NCBI GenBank assembly: GCA_002269645.1
Contig: NIVC01003622.1
Coordinates: 1-27,424, forward strand
DNA: 27,424 bases
Source: Macrostomum lignano
Taxonomy: Eukaryota
Reading direction: 5' to 3'
Numbering within the stretch: the stretch's first letter is position 1; the number at the start of each line of letters is the position of its first letter. This document shows, piece by piece, positions 1-12,800 of this stretch. Both the position numbers and the translations under genes were made by a program. The notes under the pieces were generated by a model. The model ran no database searches and was not told the DNA's origin. It saw only the letters and a program-made list of their open reading frames with translations.

Positions 1-64
1 TTCTGTTGAAGCCCGATTTCGTGATGGACTTTGAGCCCGGGGGGTTTGCAAGCGGATTGCTGAG

Positions 65-1796
65 GGGAGACAGCGGATGTAGACGAAGGAAGATATCGAT
101 GTAGACTAAAGGAAGACAGCGGATTTAGACTAAGGGAGACAGCGGATGTAGACTAAGGGAGACAGCGGATGTAGACTAAGGGAGACAGCGGAATGTAGAC
201 TAAGGGAGACAGCGGATGTAGACTAAGGGAGACAGCGGATGTAGACTAAGGGAGACAGCGGATGTAGACTAAGGGAGACAGCGGATGTAGACTAAGGGAG
301 ACAGCGGATGTAGACTAAGGGAGACAGCGGATGTAGACTAAGGGAGACAGCGGATGTAGACTAAGGGAGCGGATGTAGACTAAGGGAGACAGGGATGTAG
401 ACTAAGGGAGACAGCGGATGTAGACTAAGGGAGACAGCGGATGTAGGACTAAGGAGACAGCGGATGTAGACTAAGGGAGACAGCGGATGTAGAGGGAGAC
501 AGCGGATGTAGACTAAGGGAGACAGCGGATGTAGAGGAGACAGCGGATGTAGACTAAGGGAGACAGCGGATGTAGAGGGAGACAGCGGATGTAGACTAAG
601 GGAGACAGCGGATGTAGATAAGGGAGACAGCGGATGTAGACTAAGGGAGACAGCGGATGTATGACTAAGGGAGACAGCGGATGTAGACTAAGGGAGACAG
701 CGGATGTAGTCTAAGGGAGACAGCGGATGTAGACTAAGGAGACAGCGGATGTAGACTAAGGGAGACAGCGGATGTAGACTAAGGGAGACAGTCGGATGTA
801 GACTAAGGGAGACAGCGGATGTAGACTAAGGGAGACAGCGGATGTAGACTAAGGGAGACAGCGGATGTAGACTAAGGGAGACAGCGGATGTAGACTAAGG
901 GAGACAGCGGATGTAGACTAAGGAGACAGCGGATGTAGACTAAGGGAGACAGCGGATGTAGACTAAGGGAGACAGCGGATGTAGACTAAGGGAGACAGCG
1001 GATGTAGACTAAGGGAGACAGCGGATGTAGACTAAGGAGACAGCGGATGTAGACTAAGGGAGACAGCGGATGTAGACTAAGGAGACAGCGGATGTAGACT
1101 AAGGGAGACAGCGGATGTAGACTAAGGGAGCAGCGGATGTAGACTAAGGAGACAGCGGATGTAGACTAAGGAGACAGCGGATGTAGACTAGGGAGACAGC
1201 GGATGTAGACTAAGGGAGACAGCGATTTAGACTAAGGGAGACAGCGGATGTAGAGGAGACAGCGGATGTAGAGGGAGACAGCGGATGTAGACTAAGGGAG
1301 ACAGCGGATGTAGACTAAGGGAGACAGCGGATGTAGACTAAGGGAGACAGCGGATGTAGACTAAGGGAGACAGCGGATGTAGAAGGAGACAGCGGATGTA
1401 GACTAAGGGAGACAGCGGATGTAGACTAAGGGAGACAGCGATGTAGACTAGGGAGACAGCGGATGTAGACTAAGGAAGAGTGGATGTAGACTAAGGAAGA
1501 CAGCGGATGTAGACTAAGGGAGACAGCGGATGTAGATAAGGGAGACAGCGGATGTAGACTAAGGGAGACAGCGGATGTAGACTAAGGGAGACAGCGGATG
1601 TAGAGGGAGACAGCGGACGTAGAGTAAGGAGACAGCGGATGTGGCAAGGGGAGACAGCGTATATAAAGAGGGAGACAGCGGATATAGAGAGGGAGACAAC
1701 GGATATAGAGAGGAAGACAGCGGATGTAAAAAGGGAGACAACGGATATAGAGAGGAAGACAGCGGATGTAAAAAGGGAGACAGCGGATATGGAGGG
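65..1796. repeat. 23-bp minisatellite (gggagacagcggatgtagactaa)n, about 75 units
   Basis: Direct periodicity, many 1-bp indels, degenerate at both ends. Confidence 0.97.
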
Positions 1797-2749
1797 ACTC
1801 GGTTGAACTCATTTAATCCCAAAATGCAGTCGTGCCCAAATTTGAGGCTCATTCCATAGCCTAAAGAAGCAAAACACCTGGCCTGCTCAGAACAGAGCGC
1901 ACACACTGCGTGTAGCTACCGTAGGAAGTGTGAGGACTTCGCCTCATCAGTTCGGAGTCCCGGGGCCAGCGCCTGTGGCATACCTTTAACAAGCGAACGG
2001 GGGGCAGGCATGGATAATGAGGTGCAGCCAGCCGCTCTCCGAGCTCAATCCCATTAGGCCAGCCGTTTTGCCGCTTCCGCCACTGCCCAGCAACCGGGAT
2101 GCGGGTGGAGAAGGAGCAAGCAGAGAGGGGGGATGAAGAGAGACAGACAGGGAGAGGAAGACACTGACGGCCCTCGGCTGATGCGGTGCCCGCGCGCTCT
2201 CCTCCAACCCCTTTCTTTCCTCGAAACTCGAGGAGGATGAAAGGTGAGAGAGAGAAGGGATGCTGGGAAATCCCGCACTCGAGGTGATGAGGCTAGTGCG
2301 GAGCTGAGGCTGATAAAGACGGGCGCAGGCCTAAATTAGGATTTCTCTCGAGTTCCACCTGTGCTTCTCCACTGCGCATTATTTTTTGTTGAGCAGGAAT
2401 TCTGCGGCTCGATTTTCCCCAGCTCATCCCCTGTGCCTTGGCAGCTGGGGAGCCTTTTTCTTAATCACAGCAGCCCCGGTCTCCATGACAGCCGCTTAGG
2501 GAATTCGAAGAGGCGGATAGATAGAACAGACCCGAGCATTTGCTGTGCGCAGCTGCTGCAGCTGAGCGCCAAGGACTACTTATATTGCAGCAGCGTCCTC
2601 AGCTCAAAAAGATTTTTTTGAGCAGTCGAACTGAATATTGCCGGCTGACTGCGTATAAGAATCTTGTAGAATTTGCTCAAATTTTCGCTAGATAAGCTTT
2701 CACTTGTGTTTTTCTCGCAACAGTTTGCAGCTTTCAGGCTGCCGGTCAC

Positions 2750-2881
2750 ATGGGCAGCTGCATCTCCTCTGTTGGACCGCAATCTCCCGTCAGAGCCACC
2801 GAGCCGCCGGAACCCGCCGCCACCGCCGCCGCCGCCGCTGTCACAGGCAGAGGCCAGTCTAACAAGGGATTTAAGCCGGAG
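2750..2881 (+). CDS. Candidate first coding exon of PDE1 (MGSCISSVGPQ...GFKPE)
   Basis: ATG followed by GC-rich coding-like sequence ending at GAG|GTTCGC, just before a repeat-filled intron. The phase 0 end does not directly match the preferred phase 1 frame of the 3682 exon. Confidence 0.45.
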
Positions 2882-2913
2882 GTTCGCCTTTCTCTACTTT
2901 TGTACATGAATAA

Positions 2914-3255
2914 GTCCGCCTGTCTGTCACTTTTTATGCCTGTCCGTCTCTTGTCCCGCCTGTCTGTCACTTTTTATGCCTGTCCGTCTCTTGTCCCGCC
3001 TGTCTGTCACTTTTTATGTCTGTCCGTCTCTTGTCCCGCCTGTCTGTCACTTTTTATGTCTGTCCGTCTCTTGTCCCGCCTGTCTGTCATTTTTTCTGTC
3101 TGTCTGTCTCTTGTCCCGCCTGTCTGTCACTTTTCTGTCTGTCTGTCTGTCTCTTGTCCCGCCTGTCTGTCACTTTTTCTGTCTTTCTGTCTCTTGTCCC
3201 GCCTGTCTGTCACTTTTCTGTCTGTCTGTCTCTTGTCCCGCCTGTCTGTCACTTT

Positions 3256-3258
<3 letters not shown>
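2914..3258. repeat. About 40-bp minisatellite (gtcccgcctgtctgtcactttttatgtctgtccgtctctt)n
   Basis: Unit starts at 2953 and 2993. Later units vary in CTGT number. Confidence 0.93.
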
Positions 3259-3628
<370 letters not shown>

Positions 3629-3681
3629 GTGCATATTAGCAGTGCTCAGTCAACTCCAATTACCGCATCCCCTCACCGCAG

Positions 3682-3807
3682 GAAAACCAAAAGCCGCCAA
3701 CGCCGCCGCAGCCGCAGCAGCGCAACGGTCAGCTCCCGCAGGCAGCCCCAGCAGCCGCATCGTCGAGGTGAAGCCGGTCCGACGGCCCGCAACACCCCCT
3801 GCTGGAG
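3682..3807 (+). CDS. PDE1: PDE1 N-terminal exon (GKPKAANAAAAAAAQRS...PATPPAG)
   Basis: Acceptor cctcaccgcag|, donor GGAG|gtcggg, 126 nt, phase 1 to 1, joins 4352 in frame. Low-complexity, so no homology support. Confidence 0.55.
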
Positions 3808-6800
3808 GTCGGGCGGCTTTGAATTGCTGAGCTCACCCTGCATCTCACTCTGCTCCAGTCCCACCCTGCATCTCACTCTGCTCCAGTCCCACCCTGCATC
3901 TCACTCTGCTCCAGTCCCACCCTGCATCTCACTCTGCTCCAGTCCCACCCTGCATCTCACTCTGCTCCAGTCCCACCCTGCATCTCACTCTGCTCCAGTC
4001 CCACCCTGCATCTCACTCTGCTCCAGTCCCACCCTGCATCTCACTCTGCTCCAGTCCCACCCTGCATCTCACTCTGCTCCAGTCCCACCCTGCATCTCAC
4101 TCTGCTCCAGTCCCACCCTGCATCTCACTCTGCTCCAGTCCCACCCTGCATCTCACTCTGCTCCAGTCCCACCCTGCATCTCACTCTGCTCCAGTCCCAC
4201 CCTGCATCTCACTCTGCTCCAGTCCCACCCTGCATCTCACTCTGCTCCAGTCCCACCCTGCATCTCACTCTGCTCCAGTCCCACCCTACATCTCACTCTG
4301 CTCCAGTCCCACCCTGCATCCCACTCCCTCCCTCCCTTTGCGAACTTCCAGATTCGAGCTCAAATCGTTCGCTGACGGGGGAGAAAACAAAAAACAACGA
4401 GATGGATGACCAGTCTGAGAAAAACGCAGGTGGGCAAGACAATAAATCCTCAGTTGGGATTTCTAAATCCACATTCTGAATCCCATACCCGCTCCCGCAG
4501 GCTCGGAGCCGCTCAGCGGTCTGATGTACAACAGCCTGCAGAAGGCGCCCAGCACGCAGTACGCCGAGTCAGAGCTCGGCACCGAGAGAATGCCTTCAGT
4601 GGGCACCCCCGAGGCCAGCTTCGCCTGTTCCGTGCGGTGGGTCTACCCTGCTGTCTACCCTTCTGTCTACCCTGCTGCATACCCTGCTGTCTAACTTTCT
4701 TACCATGCTGTCTACCATTCTGTCCACCCTGCTGTCTAGCCTGCTATTTACCATTCTGTCTACCTTGCTGTCTACCCTGCTGCCTACCCTTCTGTCTACC
4801 CTGCTGTCTACCCTGCTGTCTAACTTTCTTACCGTGCTGTCTACCATTCTGTACACCCTGCTGTCTAGCCTGCTATTTACCATTCTGTCTAACTTGCTGT
4901 CTACCCTGCTGCCTATCCTTCTGTCTACCCCGCTGTCTATCCTGCTATCTATCAATCTTTCTATTCTGTTTTTTTTCAACCCTGCCCAGGCAGTTCTCAT
5001 GCTCAAAAACGTACACATTGATTTTTCCATAGTTCAACGCGCGCTTTGCCCTCTTCAGGCTGAAAAAGATTGCCAGGCTTGTGGAAGAAGACACAATCAA
5101 CAAGGAGCTGCTGGTGCAGAACCTTCGGTACGCTGTGCAGGTTCTGGAAGCCGTCTACGAAGATGAGACGAAGTGAGCGATGGATTGTATTGATTTCGGT
5201 TTCATAATCTAACGTAATTTAAGGAAAACAATAAATATGAGAATATGGAATTTTCAGGAAAATCCACTAATCTGGAATGGAGTTTCTTGGAAAATCATCA
5301 AATTGAAATGAGATTTCTAAGAAACTCCCAAATCTGCAATAAGATTTCTAGGAAAATCCCAAAGCCGGAATGGGATTTCTAAGAAAAGACCTAAATCTTT
5401 GAATGGGGTTTCTAGGAAAAACCCTAAATCTGGAATGGGTTTCAATCTCTCAGTCTGGCACCGCAATTTTCACCTGCACCAACTGCAGGCGACTCTGCAA
5501 CGAGGACGATGACCTTCCCGAAGTGTCCCCCAACGAGGTGCCAAGCGAGGTGCGCGACTGGCTGGCCTCCACGTTCACCCGGTCGCAGACTTCGCTGAAG
5601 CAGAACAAGGAGAAGCCGCACTTTCGGAGCGTCGCCAACGCCATCCGAGCGGGCATCATGGTGGAGAGGTGATCCCATCGCCCGAACTCAGCTCAATTAT
5701 CTGTTGCTAGGCTGTTTTAAAGCCGTTTTTACGTAGCCGAATTTTGCCATGACAGGATCTACAGGCGCCTGTCCAGCTCCAGCAGCATCAGCGTGCCACC
5801 CAATGTCCTGCTGCTGCTGAAGGTAGGCCTTGACTTTGTGGTTGCCGCAAATTGACTCTTTCGATATGTGCGCGTAACTGCTCAATGAGCCAATGACGAA
5901 CTGGCTATGTCGTAATGATCAGCCATTGACCAATGATAGTCTCTGAGTCTCTGAGATAGTGAGTCACTGAGAAGGTGAGTCACTGAGAAGGTGGGTCACT
6001 GAGAAGGTGAGACACTGAGAAGGTGAGACACTGAGAAGATGAGACACTGAGAAGGTAAGACACTGAGAAGATGAGTCACTTAGAAGGTGAGTCACTGAGA
6101 AGGTAAGTCACTGAGAAGATGAGTCACTGAGAAGGTGAGTCACTGAGAAGGTGGGTCACTGAGAAGGTGAGACACTGAGAAGATGAGTCACTTAGAAGGT
6201 GAGTCACTGAGAAGGTAAGTCACTGAGAAGATGAGTCACTGAGAAGGTGAGTCACTGAGAAGGTGGGTCACTGAGAAGGTGAGACACTGAGAAGATGAGT
6301 CACTTAGAAGGTGAGACACTGAGGTGAGTCACTGAGAAGGTGAGACACTGAGAAGATGAGTCACTTAGAAGGTGAGACACTGAGAAGGTGAGTCACTGAG
6401 AAGGTGAGACACTGAGAAGATGAGTCACTGAGAAGATGAGTCACTGAGAAGGTGAGTCACTGAGAAGGTGGGTCACTGAGAAGGTGAGACACTGAGAAGA
6501 TGAGTCACTTAGAAGGTGAGACACTGAGAAGGTAAGTCACTGAGAAGATGAGTCACTGAGAAGGTGAGTCACTGAGAAGGTGGGTCACTGAGAAGGTGAG
6601 ACACTGAGAAGATGAGTCACTTAGAAGGTGAGACACTGAGGTGAGTCACTGAGAAGGTGAGACACTGAGAAGATGAGTCACTTAGAAGGTGAGACACTGA
6701 GAAGGTGAGTCACTGAGAAGGTGAGACACTGAGAAGATGAGTCACTGAGAAGATGAGTCACTTAGAAGGTGAGACACTGAGAAGGTAAGTCACTGAGAAG

Positions 6801-9800
6801 GTGAGACACTGAGAAGGTGAGACACTGAGAAGGTGAGTCACTGAGAAGGTGAGTCACTGAGAAGGTGATTCACTGAGAAGGTGAGTCACTGAGAAGGTGA
6901 GACACTGAGAAGGTGAGTCACTGAAAAGCTGAATCACTTAGTAGGTGAGTCACTGAGATAGTCACTGAGAAGGTGAGTCACTGACAACACAGGAAATTTC
7001 TCTTCCCCCTGCTCAGGCCGGCCTGGACGAGTGGTGTTTCGACGTGTTCGAGCTGAACGAAGTGTCGGAGAACCACGCAATGAAGTTTGTGGGCTTCGAG
7101 CTGCTGCACAAGTACGATCTGATCAGCAAGTTCAAGGTAAAGCCAGACTGCACTGTGTACTCCGCTGAGGTCAACAGAAAAAACGCGTAGCCAAAAAACT
7201 TTTAGATAAACTCCAGTGTGCTGGAGAACTTCCTGTACAAGTGCGAGGAAGGTTACAGCAAATGGGGCAACCCGTATCACAACCTGGTTCACGGAGCCGA
7301 TGTGGCCCAGACCTGCCACTTCATCATGCACGACTCGAAGCTTGTGGTGAGTTTGTTGCTATGCGATTGTGCATCAATATCGATGGTTGCTATGCGATTG
7401 TGTATCAATATTGATAGTTGCTATGCGATTGTGTATCAATATCGATGGTTGCTATGCGATTGTGTATCAATATCGATGGTTGCTATGCCATTGTGTATCA
7501 ATATCGATGGTTGCTATGCGATTGTGTATCAATATCGATGGTTGCTATGCGATTGTGTATCAATATCGATGGTTGCTATGCGATTGTGTATCAATATCGA
7601 TAGTTGCTATGCGATTGTGTATCAATATCGATAGTTGCTATGCGATTGTGTATCAATATCGATGGTTGCTATGCGATTGTGTATCAATATCGATGGTTGC
7701 TATGCGATTGTGTATCAATATCGATAGTTGCTATGCGATTGTGTATCAATATCGATGGTTGCTATGCGATTGTGTATCAATATCGATGGTTGCTATGCGA
7801 TTGTGTATCAATATCGATGGTTGCTATGCGATTGTGTATCAATATCGATGGTTGCTATGCGATTGTGTATCAATATCGATGGTTGCTATGCGCTTATGGA
7901 TAAACTTTAGAACTGGCTGACGGACCTGGAGATTTTCGCCACAATAATCGCGGCACTGATCCACGACTACGAGCACACGGGCACCACGAACAATTTTCAC
8001 ATCAACATGAACTCGGATCTGGCGCTGTTGTACAACGACAAAGGCGTGCTAGAGAATTACCACGTGAGCGCAATTTTCACGCTGATGCGAGAGGACGATT
8101 ACAACATCCTGACCGGACTGACCCGAGAGGAGTACAAGTGAGGCAGAACCGGGTGGAATAGCTGCATCGATTGCTAGGGCGTTGCTGTGGTGTTTCTAGG
8201 GTGCTGCTGTGATGTTGCTAGGGCGTTGCTGTGGTGCTGCTAGGGTGTTGCTTTGGCGTTGCTAGGGCGTTGCTGTGGTGTTGTTAGGGCGTTGCTGTGG
8301 TGCTGCTAGGGTGTTGCTTTGGCGTTGCTAGGGCGTTGCTGTGGTGTTGTTAGGGCGATGTTGTGGTGCTGCTAGGGTGTTGCTTTGGCGTTGCTAGGGT
8401 GTTGCTTTGGCGTTGCTAGGGCGTCGCTGTGGTGTTGCTAGGGCGTTGCTGTAATGTGGCTAGGGCGTTGCTGTGGTGTTGCTAGAGCATTTCTATGGTG
8501 TTGCTAGGACATTACTATCGTATTGCTATTGCGTTGCTGTGGCATTGTTAAGACATTCTAACTATTGCGAGTTAAAATTTCGTACTAAAATTTCAGAGAA
8601 TTCCGGGCCCTGGTGATTGACATGGTGCTCAACACCGACATGAGCCTGCACTTTCAGCAGATTAAGAACATGAAACAGCTGCTGTCAATGCCGGAAAAGT
8701 AAGTGGCTTTCTTCAAGTAGTTGGTAGCAACAGTAAACTAATCTTGTCTGGACGCTACTAAGGTGTTGTTACTACTGTACTGCTACAATCGTATTCAACA
8801 GGTATTTTGCCGCTTTATCAAGTGATTGACAACCAATCTCTAGATTCTGTACTTGATGCTGCAGAAGTGGACTTTTGTTACGGAATAAATTTATTAGATA
8901 GCGGATTGCCTTATTAGGCTAATATTTTTGTCCATGGCGTCGTTCTCACACTCACCACCTCATCAGCCAATGGTGTCAATCCCTCACCCACCACCACATC
9001 AGCCAATGGTGTCGATCCCTCACCCACCACCCCATCAGCCAATGGTGTCTATTCATCACCCACCACCCCATCAGCCAATGGCATCGATACTTCACCCACC
9101 ACCCCATCAGCAAATGGCATCGATCACTCACCCACCACCCCATCAGCCAATGGCGTCGATCCTTCACCCACCACCCCATCAGCCTATGGCATCGATCACT
9201 CACCCACCAACCCATCAGCCAATGGCGTCGATCACTCACCCACCACTCCATCAGCCAATGGCATCGATCCTTCACCCACCACCCCATCAGCCAATGGCAT
9301 CGATCCTTCACCCACCACCCCATCAGCCAATGGCGTCGATCCTTCACCCACCACCCCATCAGCCAATGGCGTCGATCACTCAAACACAACCCCATCAGCC
9401 AATGGCATCGATCCCTCACCCACCACCCCATCAGCCAATGGCATCGATCCTTCACCCACCACCCCATCAGCCAATGGCGTCGATCCCTCACCCAGCCAAT
9501 GGCGTCAATCCCTGATCCACAGCCCAGCCAATCGTGTCCCGCCAACCTCTCCCGCCGCAGGGACCCCGATCAGGAGTGGCTGTTCTTCGGAAACGGCTCA
9601 AATGTGATGCGCCCGAGACGCACAATGCTCACTACTTTTCCATGCGGGCGAGTCCACTCAAACTAGAATTTTTGCCCAAAACAGCGGAGCACAAATTCTC
9701 GTTTTAATAGATATATCTTATCTATCTAGCCAATTCACTAGCATTTTGGTTTCAACTACCACTTGATTACGTTCGCTGTCACATTATGTTAGAGCAGAGG

Positions 9801-12800
9801 CTGCAGTGGCCAGAAAACTAGCAAGGAAATTATCTCAGTCTGACTGCTTTTTTATGTTTTAATTTCTTATCGAATACACAGCGTCTACCAGAAGGTGTAA
9901 GTATGACTGATAGCCGTCTGCATGCCAGTTGAGCGTAAGGCAATCCGCTATATGGCCTTGTATTTTTGAGTATAGCAACGCTGAGCGTTACAAATTCTTC
10001 CCTTTCTTGAGTGCACCGCTGCTGGGTTTTTATGGACTTTACGGGTTAGGGTCAGGGTTAGGGTTAGCATTGAAGCTGTACTCGCGGTTGCAATAGAGAA
10101 GTTAGTGAGCTGTAGACAGCATAATAAAATTTACGCTCGCATATGTCGTACTTGGCTGGACCGCCACAAAATACGAGTAGTATATAAAAAACGGCAAATC
10201 GATAAATTAAATACCTAGCATAAATTATACTGGAATTTTATTTATTACTCTACTGACAGTAGAAATATAAGAAAAAGACGCAAAGAAATTATTCAGTAAA
10301 AATATTTCCAAAGTATGTACTGTGCAACTAAACCAATAACTTTTGTCACTACACAACACTTAAGTTTATGGTATATCTATTCTCTTCTCTTTTCTCTTCT
10401 TTTTTTCTCCCCTCTCCACTCTCCCCTCTCTCCTCCTCTCTCCTCTCTCTCCTCTCTCCTCCTCTCTCCTCTCTCTCCTCTCTCCCCTATCTCCTCCTCT
10501 CTCCTCTCTCTTGCCTCTCTCCACTCTCCCCTCTCTCCTCTCTCTCTCTCTCCTCTCTCCTCCTCTCTCCCCTCTCTCCTCTCTCCCCTCTCTCCTCCTC
10601 TCTCCTCTCTCTCCTCTCTTTCTCCTCTCTCTCCTCTCTCTCCTCTCTCCTCCTCTCTCTCTCTCTCCCCTCTCTCCTCTCTCCCCTCTCTCCTCCTCTC
10701 TCCTCTCTCTCCTCTCTCCTCCTCCCTCCTCTCTCTCCTCTCTCCTCCTCTCTCCTCCTCTCTCCTCTCTCTCCCCTCTCCCCTATCTCCTCCTCTCTCC
10801 TCTCTCTTGCCTCTCTCCACTCTCCCCTCTCTCCTCTCCTCTCTCTCTCCCTCTCTCCTCTCTCCCCTCTCTCCTCCTCTCTCCTCCTCTCTCCTCTCTC
10901 TCCCCTCTCTCCTCTCTCCCCTCTCTCCTCCTCTCTCCTCTCTCTCCACTCTCCTCCTCTCTCCTCTCTCTCCTCTCTCCTCCTCTCTGCTCCTCTCTCC
11001 TCTCTCTCCCCTCTCCCCTCTCTCCTCCTCTCTCCTCTCTCTTGCCTCTCTCCTCTCTCTCCTCTCTCCTCCTCTCTTCTCTCTCCTCCTCTCTCATCTC
11101 TCCCCTCTTCTCTTCTCTTATAATCTTTTCTCTCATCCCACCTCTTGCCTATCCTCTCTTCGCTCATCTCTCTCATCTTCTATTCCCTCACCTTTCCAGT
11201 GAGCTGCATTCTCTATCTGGTCCTTGAGGTAAAAAAGTTCCCCGACCTCTGGCTGGAGTTGTGAAATGCAATTTCGATTTGCTGAATAGCTACCGATATG
11301 CTAGGCATACTACTCATTTATCAGATTGTTTTGTTGTAGTGTAGGCCGAGCCTGCAAAGTAGCTTGTCTAGCCGGATGTTGCAGGCCGTCCATGCCAGTC
11401 CGTTTTTACTAACGCCAAAAGGTCAAATTTCATTAGTTTTAGTCCAGTTCAGTTTACAAGTAAACCCGTTTTCATTTTCTACACAATATTTTCTATAATA
11501 TTGCGTTTTTTGGGAGCTAAAAATGCCGCACTCACTACTTATCAGCGTCCGAATCGAAATCGCTGCAGAATTGACAAGGAGAAGGCCCTGGCCCTCATGC
11601 TGCACTGCGCTGACATCAGCCACCCGGGCAAACGCTGGGACTTGCACTACCGATGGACTCTGGGCCTGTTGGAGGAGTTCTTCCGGCAGGTGAGTCCAGG
11701 ATCAAGCACAGATACTAGAATGACTAGATGGGCCACTCAGCATAGCTCGTATTCGCGTTTAATCTACTTTCAGTTCAGTAGTAAGTTAAACGGAAGCATT
11801 TTGATGTATTTTAAAGCCACGGCTACTTTTTATTGGCTCTTACCCCCAGCCCCAGCTTAACCCTCCAACCGCGCCTTTCCACGCTACCCCTAGCCCCGCC
11901 CCAATTTTTATTGCCTTTCTCGAAATTCCAGCCTAAAGCTGCCATGTACATTTCAGTTGACTGGCTAATGTACATTATTGCTGAACCAATTAGCAAACTG
12001 TTTACGCCTGTAAGCTTGGGCTTCTAAACTTATCAGTCATTTCATCTGCCCTTTTTATAAAATAGCTTATGTATACTGAACTGAAAGTAGAAAGCTGTTT
12101 TGCTAAGGATATATGTCTGAGTGGCCCTAAAACTTCGTGATAGATCATGCCCAGCGTCGCTTCCGTTTAAAGCAAAGCATACAAGCAGCCTTCCCTGTTA
12201 GAATGCTCAAATACGATCACATTGCCTGGTACACTCACCGAGATTTAACCGCACCAGGGTGACCGCGAGCGAGCTCTGGACCTGCCCTGCTCGCCCCTGT
12301 GCGACAGAACCGTCACCATGGTGGCCCAGTCGCAAGTTGGTGAGCCGCCGCTTTGAGGGCGTCTTGACGCATGGGGTCTGGTTTGAGGATAGGGATTCTG
12401 GGGTTTGCTACCAACCCCAAGGCCCAGAGAGTGTACATGCCTGATGATTAGACTGTCAGGGCCGCTGTACACCCTGTGTGAGCGAGTGCATGAGTGCTCA
12501 GGAGTCTGCGGAATGGGCAGAATCGCCCCAGCGCTGGTTTTTAGGACGAAGCCCTCCTGCGAATATTTACATTAAATTTTATAATGCTCATTGCAGGATT
12601 CATCGACTTCATCATGGAGCCCAGCTTCAACGTGCTCGGCGACATGCTTGAGAAAATTCTCGGGCCGCTGTTTGAGCAGCAGAGAAAAGCTGGCGGCTCG
12701 GCTGGGCCCGACGATGACGGCTGTGAGCTGGGGTCACGTGACTGGTCATTGTAGGCAACTGTTGTAGGCATCTGTGTGTGACATGCGTGATAGCTGAGTG

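Noticed and set aside
2077-2086. tccgccactg and cgccactg (16148-16155) resembling the hAT TIR
   Set aside because: Only 8-10 bp and in the same orientation as 24420-24435, so they cannot be the partner end.
8928-9545. Pro/His-rich repeat protein (MASILHPPPHQP)n
   Set aside because: Translation of a 36-bp intronic minisatellite inside PDE1, with no splice or start context.
10315-11227. Ser/Leu/Pro- and Glu/Arg-rich ORFs
   Set aside because: Artefacts of the CT-rich tract.
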